64,000 bases of DNA, taken from contig CAZMJL010000003.1 of assembly GCA_964566635.1 (NCBI GenBank), positions 88,570 to 152,569 on the forward strand, given 5' to 3'. Each line of letters opens with the position of its first letter. Position 1 is the first letter of the stretch. The notes under the pieces are model-generated. The model saw only the letters and a program-made list of their open reading frames with translations, was not told where the DNA came from and did no database searches. Positions 1 through 8,722 of this stretch are shown here, piece after piece. Made by a program: the position numbers and the translations under genes. This DNA comes from an uncultured Fimbriimonas sp. (GTDB lineage Bacteria; Armatimonadota; Fimbriimonadia; Fimbriimonadales; Fimbriimonadaceae).

Positions 1-1
1 T

Positions 2-400
2 CCTGCCGGAATAGAGTCGGTTTCGCTCAACATCTACTGGGCAATGACCATCACCTCGGGCTGCCGCGATAAAGCCGCGGCGTGGGAGTTCATCAAGCAC
101 ATCAGCCAGCCCCACTGCGACAAAGTCACCAGCATGATGGGCGCAAATGGCACTCGGCTCAGCACTTGGCGCGACCCCGAAGTGCGGGCAAAGTATCCCC
201 ACTACAACATCATCGAAGATGTCCACGGGCAAACCAAGACGCTTCCGGCAATTCCTGAGTACAACCTGATCAACGATTGCATTTCGGGCGCGGTTGACGC
301 GGTACTCCACCGAGGCGCGGATCCCGCCGAAGCTCTCATTGCGGCGGCAGAGGCGGCCACGGTTCACCTGCAGATGTCGGGGAGGCTGTCACGGAGCTAA
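2..400 (+). CDS. ABC transporter sugar-binding protein, C-terminal part (5' truncated by window edge)
   Basis: AAAWEFIKHISQP...RLSTWRDPEV...LPAIPEY..IN..I..AV pattern typical of the C-terminus of extracellular solute-binding family 1; frame open to window start. Confidence 0.7.
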   Translation, partial: PAGIESVSLNIYWAMTITSGCRDKAAAWEFIKHISQPHCDKVTSMMGANGTRLSTWRDPEVRAKYPHYNIIEDVHGQTKTLPAIPEYNLINDCISGAVDAVLHRGADPAEALIAAAEAATVHLQMSGRLSRS

Positions 401-414
401 ATCAATCCCCCCAG

Positions 415-1428
415 ATGCCGGTCACCAAGCGGCCGATCGTAAGCATCGGCGCGGGCGGAATTGTCCAAAACGCGCACTATCCAGCGTATCTGAAGGCCGG
501 ATTTTCGGTTGCGAAGACCTTTGATCCCAATCCCGCCGCCGCTCAACATGCGGCGTCCATGGTCGGCTCGAAAGCCGTCGAACAGTTCATAGACGCCCAC
601 GAGAATGGAGCGATCTATGACCTCGCCATCCCTGGCTCGGCAGTCCAAAACACCCTCCAAAACATCCCGGATGGGTCATATGTCTTAATCCAAAAGCCGC
701 TTGGCGAGACGCTGGAGCAAGCGGAAGAGATCGTAGACCTCTGTGACTCAAAAGGCCTTCATGCCGCCGTGAATTTCCAGTTGCGATGGGCCCCCTACAT
801 GCTCGCTCTCCAAGACCTCATTCACCAAAACAAACTCGGCGAAGCCCACGAACTTGAATTCAAAATCAACGTGCACACCCCTTGGTCCGAGTGGACATTT
901 CTCGAGAAAGCCCCGCGAATGGAGATGGTGTACCACTCAATCCACTACCTCGATTTCATCCGCCATCTTTGGGGCGAGCCAGAATCGGTCAAAGCGCACA
1001 GTATCCCCGACCCGAATTCGCCAAAACTTGAGTCAACCCGTAGCACCGTGATTCTGGACTACGGTCGAATGAAGCGCGCCACCGTGAGCACCTACCACGG
1101 GCACACCGCGCCACCGCGCCATCAGGAGTCTTATCTGCGCCTCGAAGGAAGTAAGGGCGCCGCTTGGGTGCAGATGGGGCTGAACATGAACTATCCCAAA
1201 GGAGCCGAGGACCGATTCGAGTATTGGCTCGACGGCGATGCCGATTGGACCAGTCTTGAACTCAACGGAAGCTGGTTCCCTGATGCCTTCATCGGACCGA
1301 TGGCGGCGATGATGATCTGGGCCGAGGGCGGTCCCGCCCCATCGACCGAGGTGCATGACGCCCTCAAGACGATGCGCCTAGTCGATGCTGCCTACCGTGA
1401 TTCGGACGCTGGCGGCGTGAAAATCTAA
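415..1428 (+). CDS. Gfo/Idh/MocA family oxidoreductase
   Basis: N-terminal GAGGIV Rossmann motif, IQKPLG (EKP-like) motif, VNFQLRW, HSIHYLD. Confidence 0.9.
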   Translation: MPVTKRPIVSIGAGGIVQNAHYPAYLKAGFSVAKTFDPNPAAAQHAASMVGSKAVEQFIDAHENGAIYDLAIPGSAVQNTLQNIPDGSYVLIQKPLGETLEQAEEIVDLCDSKGLHAAVNFQLRWAPYMLALQDLIHQNKLGEAHELEFKINVHTPWSEWTFLEKAPRMEMVYHSIHYLDFIRHLWGEPESVKAHSIPDPNSPKLESTRSTVILDYGRMKRATVSTYHGHTAPPRHQESYLRLEGSKGAAWVQMGLNMNYPKGAEDRFEYWLDGDADWTSLELNGSWFPDAFIGPMAAMMIWAEGGPAPSTEVHDALKTMRLVDAAYRDSDAGGVKI

Positions 1429-1464
1429 ACCCGACCTTAACATTCCAGACGTTAAACTAAAGAC

Positions 1465-3000
1465 ATGTCTCTTTCTCGTCGCTCGATCCTCTCGCTTGGC
1501 GCCGCCGGAATGGCGGGTGCCGCACTGCCAATTTCCGGAATTCTCTCCAGCGAAGTCCAGAAGGGGCGAGGAAAGAGACCGAAGAACATCATCTTCTGCG
1601 TCGCGGATGGAATGGCGCATCAGATCGTCGCGATGACAAATCACTTCCAGCAAGCGGTGAATGGTCACCCTTCCTACTGGGCGGAACTTTTGGAGCGACC
1701 AGATGTCGTTACCGGACTTCAAGAGACGCGATCGCTCAGCAGCATCGTCACCGACTCCGCGGCGGCGGCATCCACTTGGGGAAGCGGCCGAAAAATCTGG
1801 AACCGACAACTCAATTACTATCCCGATGGCACGGCATTGACGCCGCTCTACACCATCCTCAAGGAGCAGGGCGTCCGAACCGGACTCGTCACCACGACCA
1901 CCATTACCCACGCCACGCCATCCGGATTCAGCGTCGCCATCGACAACCGAGAGAAAGAAGCCCAAATCGCCGAGCAACATCTGACTCGGGGAGTCGACAT
2001 CTTGATGGGCGGCGGCGACAAATTCTTCAGCGGTTCAAAGCGAAAAGATAAGCGCGATCTGTACACCGAATTCGCGGCCAAAGGATACAAAGTTGCCAAG
2101 ACACGAGATGAAGCAATTGGTCTCAAATCAGACAAGATTCTGGGCATTTTTAGCGACAGCCACCTCCCATTTAGCCTGGATCGCGATATGAGTGAGGAAC
2201 TCCGAAAGAGTGTTCCCACGCTCGCCGAAATGGTTACCGTTGCGCTTGATAACCTAAGAGGTGCCAAGAACGGTTTTGTGCTCCAGATCGAGGGCGGAAA
2301 GGTCGACCACGCTGGGCATGCGAACGACATCGCTGGTCAAATTCACGACCAAATTGCCTTCGAGGAAGCCGTCCGAGTTGCCATCGAATTCGCACAAAAG
2401 GATGGAGAGACATTGGTCATTATCACCAGCGACCACGCCACCGGCGGCCCATCGCTGAACGGTGCGGGCGATGAGTATTTCGATGCAACCGCTGGTTTCG
2501 CAAGCATCGCCAACCATAAGTGCACCTTCGGAATCACGTTTGACGCGATCGGCAAGAAGCCAAGCGCAGACACTGTCCGCGACGTGATCCGTGATAAGTA
2601 CGGCTACGGACTGAAGCTCGAAGAGGCCGAAGCGGTCGCGGCGACCGTGAACGGGAACTCACCCTTCAAGTTCCTCGAACTGCAAAAGGCTCCCAACTCA
2701 GTGCTTGCGCTCGTGCTCCAGAACTACTCCAAAGTCGGCTACACGAGCCTCAATCACACTTCCGAGCACGTGCTGGTCAGCGCGTTTGGCCCCGGTAGCG
2801 AGCAAATGCACGGCATCACCAACAACATCGAATTCTTCAACATCATCCTCGGCGCAAAGGGAATCAAGTTCGAAAATGCCCCGCAAATGAGCTTCGAGGA
2901 TGCTCATCGGGCGATGGAAAAGAACAAGGATGGCGTATTTGCCGAGCTTGAAGAGTGGGAGACCTCTTGCGACGAGTGCTCCTGTAGCCACCACGCATAA
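1465..3000 (+). CDS. Alkaline phosphatase with Tat signal peptide
   Basis: SRRSIL twin-arginine signal; IIFCVADGM, VTDSAAAAS catalytic Ser, HATPSGF, EGGKVDHAGHAND, TSDH, HTSEHV metal ligands. Confidence 0.92.
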   Translation: MSLSRRSILSLGAAGMAGAALPISGILSSEVQKGRGKRPKNIIFCVADGMAHQIVAMTNHFQQAVNGHPSYWAELLERPDVVTGLQETRSLSSIVTDSAAAASTWGSGRKIWNRQLNYYPDGTALTPLYTILKEQGVRTGLVTTTTITHATPSGFSVAIDNREKEAQIAEQHLTRGVDILMGGGDKFFSGSKRKDKRDLYTEFAAKGYKVAKTRDEAIGLKSDKILGIFSDSHLPFSLDRDMSEELRKSVPTLAEMVTVALDNLRGAKNGFVLQIEGGKVDHAGHANDIAGQIHDQIAFEEAVRVAIEFAQKDGETLVIITSDHATGGPSLNGAGDEYFDATAGFASIANHKCTFGITFDAIGKKPSADTVRDVIRDKYGYGLKLEEAEAVAATVNGNSPFKFLELQKAPNSVLALVLQNYSKVGYTSLNHTSEHVLVSAFGPGSEQMHGITNNIEFFNIILGAKGIKFENAPQMSFEDAHRAMEKNKDGVFAELEEWETSCDECSCSHHA

Positions 3001-3008
3001 TTGAATTC

Positions 3009-3080
3009 TCGCCGTCCGGCCCGGTGCCGCGCCCTTCCCGGCCTCGCGTAGCGAGACCGGGACTGCGCCCCGGACGGCGA
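3009..3080. repeat. Nested intergenic inverted repeat (REP-like or terminator-like structured element)
   Basis: Outer TCGCCGTCCGG/CCGGACGGCGA (11 bp) enclosing CCCGG..CTCGC-GTA-GCGAG..CCGGG. Confidence 0.6.
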
Positions 3081-3097
3081 TCAGATATCATCTCATA

Positions 3098-3874
3098 ATG
3101 ACCTTACTCGCGGCGGTCATCACCCTCGCCGAACTGAATTCAGCCGCAAGTAACGCAAATATTTACGCTCAACCAATCGGAGCGCGGATGGAGTTCTTCG
3201 CCCGCAAATTCATCGACACCCCATACGTCGGCGGCACGCTCGACACCGAGCCCACGCGGGAGCAATGCACCGTTCTGCTCGACGGACTCGATTGCGTGAC
3301 CTTCATGGAAACCGTTTTCGCGCTCGCCCGAACGCCGAACCCAACCGAATCGAAGCTCCGCGACGCCGTCACCCAAACCCGCTACTGGAACGCCAAAGTG
3401 AACGGATATCTCAGCCGGCTGCACTACACGACCGATTGGTTCTATGAAAACGATCGCCGGGGGTTCGTGAAGGACATTAGCGCCCAGTTGCCCGGCGCAG
3501 AACTCATGAAGCGCACAGTCGGCTACATGTCCAGCAATTTCGAAAAGTATCCGGCTCTCAAGGCGAACCCCGACCTTTTGCCCAAGTGCCGCGAACTTGA
3601 GGTGGCCAGTAACGCCCGAACCAAGTGGTACATCCCCATTGCTAGCCTCAAACTCGCCGAAAAGCAGCTAAAAACTGGCGACATCATCGGCCTCGTCGGA
3701 GGCGCAGAGGGAATTGATATCAGCCACGTCGGACTCATCATCGTCCAAAACGAAGAGCCGCACTTCGTCCACGCCAGCAGTACAAAGCGCAAAGTGACCT
3801 TCGACGAACGCTTATCCGACTACCTCGCAGGATCCAAAAGAACCGAAGGCATCATCGTCGCGCGTCCAAGGTAA
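3098..3874 (+). CDS. DUF1460 / NlpC-P60-like N-acetylmuramoyl-L-alanine amidase-like protein
   Basis: TPYVGGTL, LDGLDCVTFMETV (catalytic Cys), RLHYTTDW, DISHVG, HASS motifs. Confidence 0.85.
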   Translation: MTLLAAVITLAELNSAASNANIYAQPIGARMEFFARKFIDTPYVGGTLDTEPTREQCTVLLDGLDCVTFMETVFALARTPNPTESKLRDAVTQTRYWNAKVNGYLSRLHYTTDWFYENDRRGFVKDISAQLPGAELMKRTVGYMSSNFEKYPALKANPDLLPKCRELEVASNARTKWYIPIASLKLAEKQLKTGDIIGLVGGAEGIDISHVGLIIVQNEEPHFVHASSTKRKVTFDERLSDYLAGSKRTEGIIVARPR

Positions 3875-3889
3875 CCTAGACGCTTCTCC

Positions 3890-6238
3890 GTGCCCGGAAA
3901 CCCAAACCGCCTCGATACTCTCAAAACTCTTCGAGCCGCGAATCTCGACGGTGCCTTTGCCACTGCCTTCATCACCCTCGTCGGCGGAAACTTTATTGTC
4001 GGCTTCCTCAAAGAGATCGGTGCGAAAGACATCTGGCTCGGACTCCTAACCGCCATTCCCGCCATCTGTGGACTCGCTCAGATTCCTGGCTCTGTATGGG
4101 GCCGAAGCTTCGTCAGCTTCAAAAAGTACGTCGCTCCCGGCGGCCTCATCTGGCGACTTCTGCACATTCCGCTCTGCGTACTGCCCGTCTTTACCGCTCT
4201 CAACGATAACTTTCGACTCACCACAATCCTCATCTTTTCCGGGATCGCGTCGCTCGTCGTCAACCTCGTTAATCCCATCTATGGCGATTGGCTCGCGCGG
4301 CTAGTTCCCGATTCCCAACGCGGCGCATTCTACGGCAAGCGAAACTCGCTGATGGCGGCCATCGGCACCGGAACCGGACTACTCGGCGGTCTACTGGTCG
4401 ATGCTCTCAAAAAAGTCACCGCCGAACCCCAGCAAGCCTATTCGGGAGTCTTCGTTTTTGGCCTCATCTGCAGCTTCGTCAGTATGCACTTCTTCTCCCA
4501 GATGTCCGATGTCGAGCGGGAAGAGCCCATCAAAGCCAATCTCCGCGAGACCGGAAAAGCGCTGGTGTCGCCATTTCAAAACCGACAGTTTCGCAAGCTG
4601 ATTCTCTTTTTGTTCGTCTTCATCGCTGGTCAATCGTTCGCAGGATCGCTCTGGGCTGCCTATGCGATTGAGAACCTGAAGTTCACCCAAACTCAGCTTC
4701 AGCTCCTCGGTCTATTCCATGCCGCGGGCAACATCCTCATGTCCAAATGGTGGGGATTCCTCGCCGATAAGTACGGCAACAAGCCCATCCTCGCTATTGT
4801 CGGCATGGGAATGCTCCTCACCCCGACCGCATGGCTCTTCACCCATGGTGGCGCGCCGGGCTTCAACATGGTGCTCCTCTACTCAACCCATATCCTTATG
4901 GGGATGGTTTGGAGCGGCGTCGCCCTCTGCCAATACAACATCATTTTTAGCACCTCGCCCGCCGCCGAGCGGTCTACTTATCTCGGCTCCGCAATGGCGG
5001 TGCAGTCCGTCGCGGGCGCGGTTCCGCCCTTGCTCGGAGCCGCGATGCTCGGCTTCTTGCGAGATGGCCACAGCGCCGAAGTCGCCTATAAGCTCACCTT
5101 CTGCGGTGCGATCGTCATTCGATTTGTCGCCCTCCTCCTCCTCATCCCGGTGAGGGAAGAGGGAAGTGCATCCTTCCGCTCGACCGTCGAAAATCTCAAG
5201 AGCGTGACTCCGCGCGGTATCCGCGCGATGCGAAAATTCACCACCAGCGGCGACGCCACCGAGCGCGAACACGCCATCCAAAGGATCGCCGGACAAGGCT
5301 TCACCCTCGCCACCGATGAACTCATCAAAGCCCTCCACGATCCCTCGCCCCGCGTAAGAAGGCAAGCCGCCTCGGCCCTCGGTCGCCTCGGCGACACCGC
5401 CGCCGTCGAGGAACTCATTCACCAACTTAGAGAGCACCCCGACCTTGTTGAAGAAGAAACCGTCGAGGCGCTCGGCGATCTCGGCGACCCTTCCGCCCTT
5501 TCCGAACTCATCAAGGTCTTGGATGCCCCTCGATCCGTCCTTCGGCGCGCTGCGGCGCGCTCCATCGCCCAGATTCCGGGAGCCGCCGAAAGCCGAGAAA
5601 CCGTCGACGCCCTCATCCATGCCGCCGAAAACCCCTCTGACCCTGACCTCCGCCGCTCGGCCCTCCAAGCACTGCGCAACCTCGAAGCCCCCGGAATCGA
5701 GGCGACCGTGAGCCATGCACTCGTCGACAAACACCCCTCCGTCCGAATTGCCGCCGCCGAGGCCGCCGGAGAACTCGAACTGAAGAGCACCGCCGAGGCG
5801 TGTCGGGCGTCTCTTGTGCTTTATGACGACGAAGGCTGCGCCGAGGTCGCCTACGCGCTCGGAGTAAACGGAAACCTCGAAGATGCTCCCCGCATCCTCG
5901 CCGTCGCCAAAAGTTGCGTTTCGATGACTACCCGCCGGCGTTGCCTCCTGGGCGTGGCGCGGCTCTTTGGGGTCGAAAGCCAGGCCTACCGGGCGATGAT
6001 GACCGCCGGTATGGAGCGCGACCAACTCATCATGACTCTCCTCACGGTTGGCGGCAAGCGCTCCAAACATGCCAATGCCGCCCTCGAAGCTCACGCCGAA
6101 GGCAACGAAGCCGAGGCAATCAAGGCCCTCTCGCTCGGAAGAGAGGCCGCGATCCTCACCGAATTCGAAATCCCCGAGGTCTTCCTGCTCGCTTGCGTCA
6201 TCTACTCCGAGCGAATGGCAACCCGCACCGGGCGCTAG
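3890..6238 (+). CDS. MFS transporter fused to a C-terminal HEAT/PBS-lyase repeat domain
   Basis: ~420 aa of hydrophobic helices with WWGFLADKYGNKP MFS motif-A-like loop, then ALHDPSPRVRRQAASALG-type HEAT repeats; GTG start. Confidence 0.85.
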   Translation: MPGNPNRLDTLKTLRAANLDGAFATAFITLVGGNFIVGFLKEIGAKDIWLGLLTAIPAICGLAQIPGSVWGRSFVSFKKYVAPGGLIWRLLHIPLCVLPVFTALNDNFRLTTILIFSGIASLVVNLVNPIYGDWLARLVPDSQRGAFYGKRNSLMAAIGTGTGLLGGLLVDALKKVTAEPQQAYSGVFVFGLICSFVSMHFFSQMSDVEREEPIKANLRETGKALVSPFQNRQFRKLILFLFVFIAGQSFAGSLWAAYAIENLKFTQTQLQLLGLFHAAGNILMSKWWGFLADKYGNKPILAIVGMGMLLTPTAWLFTHGGAPGFNMVLLYSTHILMGMVWSGVALCQYNIIFSTSPAAERSTYLGSAMAVQSVAGAVPPLLGAAMLGFLRDGHSAEVAYKLTFCGAIVIRFVALLLLIPVREEGSASFRSTVENLKSVTPRGIRAMRKFTTSGDATEREHAIQRIAGQGFTLATDELIKALHDPSPRVRRQAASALGRLGDTAAVEELIHQLREHPDLVEEETVEALGDLGDPSALSELIKVLDAPRSVLRRAAARSIAQIPGAAESRETVDALIHAAENPSDPDLRRSALQALRNLEAPGIEATVSHALVDKHPSVRIAAAEAAGELELKSTAEACRASLVLYDDEGCAEVAYALGVNGNLEDAPRILAVAKSCVSMTTRRRCLLGVARLFGVESQAYRAMMTAGMERDQLIMTLLTVGGKRSKHANAALEAHAEGNEAEAIKALSLGREAAILTEFEIPEVFLLACVIYSERMATRTGR

Positions 6239-6242
6239 ATTT

Positions 6243-6860
6243 ATGCATCGTGAAGCCTCCATTTTTGTTGACACTCAGATAGTGATGGAGTTCGATTTTC
6301 GTGATCGAATGGATGAATTCATCCCAGACGATTGTGAGTCCGCCGAGTTTGTCATCTGTCTCCCAATTATCAGGGAGTTGGAGCGAAACAAGGATAATCA
6401 TACAAACAATAGAAAGCGCGCTCGCATTAGATCGTTCTTGAACTGGATGTATGAGAACGTGGATACGAACAATACGATTTCAGTCTCGAATCGGAGCAGA
6501 GTTCGAATTTCACTTGCTTACGAATACGATTCGCATCACGTCAAACCAGTTTTTCAGAATGCCGACGATGACCTGATTTGGCACGCATCGTATGCGGTCA
6601 GGTTTTCACAAGGTCGGGTTGCGCATGTACTGAGCGATGACGTCGGAGTTTTACTTCGCGCAAGGGCGCTACCTCAAGTGATCCCTTTGCGGCCATCGCC
6701 AAGTCTTCGAGTCTCTCCAGAGTCTGAGGCAGCACTAAGTGAGCAAACGAAACAAGTGATCCGAGAGTTCGCAAAGGAATTGGCAACGCAAATTGTGAAA
6801 GAGATAGCTTCCGATCACGACGCGGACAGTTCAAACGGGGAATCGGAGGGACCAAAATGA
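6243..6860 (+). CDS. PIN-domain protein (putative RNase)
   Basis: ATG at 6243 gives MHREASIFVDTQIV; acidic PIN motifs VDT, IIRELE, ADDDLI, VLSDDVGVLLRA; visibly more AT-rich than neighbours. Confidence 0.7.
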   Translation: MHREASIFVDTQIVMEFDFRDRMDEFIPDDCESAEFVICLPIIRELERNKDNHTNNRKRARIRSFLNWMYENVDTNNTISVSNRSRVRISLAYEYDSHHVKPVFQNADDDLIWHASYAVRFSQGRVAHVLSDDVGVLLRARALPQVIPLRPSPSLRVSPESEAALSEQTKQVIREFAKELATQIVKEIASDHDADSSNGESEGPK

Positions 6861-7651
6861 CCTACGACGAATTCGCCGGTCTCGCCCTAGCTCTCCCCGA
6901 CGTCGAAGAGAAAGTCGGGCGACATGAGATCGACCTCGTGCGCAAAGGTCGCCACATCGCCCGCCTTCGCGACAAAGGCACCACCCTCGCCATTCGGGTT
7001 CCGTGGGAAGTCCATGACGAACTCCTCGGCGCCGAAGGCACCAAGTTCTTCAAAACCGACCACTACCGGCGGTATCCCTATGTGCTAATCAAAGTTGATG
7101 ACCTCGACCCCCAAACAGCTCGGCGAATCCTAACCGAGTCGTACCAAGCCGCTCCGCTAACCGCGTTGCCGACTCAGCACCGCCCTCTGAACGCTCAAGA
7201 CCGGCTGGCACACAACGCCCGCCGCATCAGGAGCCGATGGCTCGCCGTACGTGGTGATTTGCCACACCAGATTCTTCCCCACGCGCTGGAGAGACCCATA
7301 AAGCGTCACCTTCCCCACCTTGAAAACGCTGTTGAGCGAGTTCGCGACCCACTGCTCCGACAGAACCGCGCCGTTGCGCTCGTCCACTTCCCACTTTCCC
7401 TTCGCCGCATCCACCTCGCGCAGCAAATAGGGTCGAGTATCCTGCGATTTCTCGCCGTACACGATCAAATACTCAAACTCTTTCGGGTTGGGTGTTCTCG
7501 TGAGCGAGAATCGCATCGGAACATCCGTGGCTTTCTGCTCGCCAGCCTTGGACCATTCCATCTTTCCCGCCCAATTCCCCAGAAAGTCATCCGGAAACTT
7601 CGCGGGCGATGGCACCTGGGCAAGCAGCAAACTGACGGCGAGCATTCCTGA
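6857..7651 (+). CDS. MmcQ/YjbR family protein with read-through extension antisense to the next gene
   Basis: First ~100 aa (LALALPDVEE...FFKTDHYRRYPYVLI...LTESY) match the family; the remainder is a codon-aligned shadow of 7157-7645. Confidence 0.7.
   Translation: MTYDEFAGLALALPDVEEKVGRHEIDLVRKGRHIARLRDKGTTLAIRVPWEVHDELLGAEGTKFFKTDHYRRYPYVLIKVDDLDPQTARRILTESYQAAPLTALPTQHRPLNAQDRLAHNARRIRSRWLAVRGDLPHQILPHALERPIKRHLPHLENAVERVRDPLLRQNRAVALVHFPLSLRRIHLAQQIGSSILRFLAVHDQILKLFRVGCSRERESHRNIRGFLLASLGPFHLSRPIPQKVIRKLRGRWHLGKQQTDGEHS
7157..7645 (-). CDS. Secreted hypothetical protein (beta-rich)
   Basis: Short signal-like N-terminus MLAVSLLLAQ; FLGNWAG...PYLL..VD...W.VDE.NG pattern; natural protein-like composition. 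Confidence 0.7.
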   Translation of the reverse strand: MLAVSLLLAQVPSPAKFPDDFLGNWAGKMEWSKAGEQKATDVPMRFSLTRTPNPKEFEYLIVYGEKSQDTRPYLLREVDAAKGKWEVDERNGAVLSEQWVANSLNSVFKVGKVTLYGSLQRVGKNLVWQITTYGEPSAPDAAGVVCQPVLSVQRAVLSRQRG

Positions 7652-7745
7652 AGACTACTGCGCCTCCTCGCGCAAGCGCCGTCTGAATGAAATGCGGGCC
7701 AACAGCATCACTACAATCATGCATCGAAATGCGATGCAGGGGAAT

Positions 7746-8390
7746 CTACAGAACCTTTCCCTCTCGGGCAGCTTGCGCATACTCAATCAGGGATAGCTTG
7801 AGGTGTCCGGGACGCACCAGTGCATTGTCAATTATTGCCTCTACTCTCATGGGATGATATCTATGCAGATGCCCCAAGCCGTGCAAGGCGCTGAATTGGC
7901 ATTCGTACGATCTGCAATTTAGAGCTACATCCAAAACCCTGAAAATTGGCTCCAAGAGATACTCCAATCCAGAAGATCTGGCAGCGAGCGAAAGTCCACC
8001 GCAATCCCAAATCATATGCACCGCCTCTCTGGCGTCGCCAATGTTTGCAAAGTTTGAATTAGAGATATAAGGGTCTAGGAAATCTTCATAGAAGGTAGAG
8101 AGTCCCATAACCGTCGCAATTTGCTGCTCTCTTGGAACAGCCTCGGAGACGACTGCGTGCCAGTATTCGCAGTCCACACTTTGAATGAAGTTGATCATGT
8201 GACCAACTTGCGCGGGGTCTATATCTTTGCAAATCTCTGGAGATTGTCGAAGCAGTCTTTCCAGGAATTTGGCGACGACTTCGTCTGGCATTGAATGCAT
8301 TCGCAGATCGCAATTCCACCTGTCCTCATCCGAATCAAATGAAGACAGAATGCCAAACCACTCCTCAAAGCTCAGTTCAGGGCTGTCCAT
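7746..8390 (-). CDS. Hypothetical protein (helical, HEAT-like C-terminus)
   Basis: Long ORF in an AT-richer segment; likely ATG at 8390; SALHGLGHL motif. Confidence 0.6.
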   Translation of the reverse strand: MDSPELSFEEWFGILSSFDSDEDRWNCDLRMHSMPDEVVAKFLERLLRQSPEICKDIDPAQVGHMINFIQSVDCEYWHAVVSEAVPREQQIATVMGLSTFYEDFLDPYISNSNFANIGDAREAVHMIWDCGGLSLAARSSGLEYLLEPIFRVLDVALNCRSYECQFSALHGLGHLHRYHPMRVEAIIDNALVRPGHLKLSLIEYAQAAREGKVL

Positions 8391-8670
8391 GTTCGTCGCG
8401 CAAGCGCCGCTCAAACCAAAACGCCCCAAACGGCAGGTTTCCGGCAATGAATCCAATCACGACCTTCCCGAACGGCCACTTATCCGCGACCCACACCCGC
8501 AGAAGCGCGACCAAAAATACCAAAAACAATGCGCCGTGAATCGATCCCACGACCTTGACCGCCATCGGCATATCCGCCAGATACTTCAGCGGCATCGCGA
8601 CAAAGTAAAGCAAAATCGCCGAGACACCCTCGACGAGGGATACCTTCCGGAAGAAATCAAGCGCAGACAT
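8377..8670 (-). CDS. DUF3817 family membrane protein
   Basis: FRKVSLVEGVS..LL..VAMPLKY, GSIHGALF, PFGAFWFE motifs. Confidence 0.85.
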   Translation of the reverse strand: MSALDFFRKVSLVEGVSAILLYFVAMPLKYLADMPMAVKVVGSIHGALFLVFLVALLRVWVADKWPFGKVVIGFIAGNLPFGAFWFERRLRDEHGQP

Positions 8671-8722
8671 CTACGCTCAGTTTACTGGAACTCATCGCGA
8701 GCCCCGGTTCGTCCTTAATCAC

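Noticed and set aside
4883-6274. 463-aa minus-strand ORF
   Set aside because: Antisense shadow of the MFS-HEAT gene; no recognisable motifs; expected in high-GC DNA.
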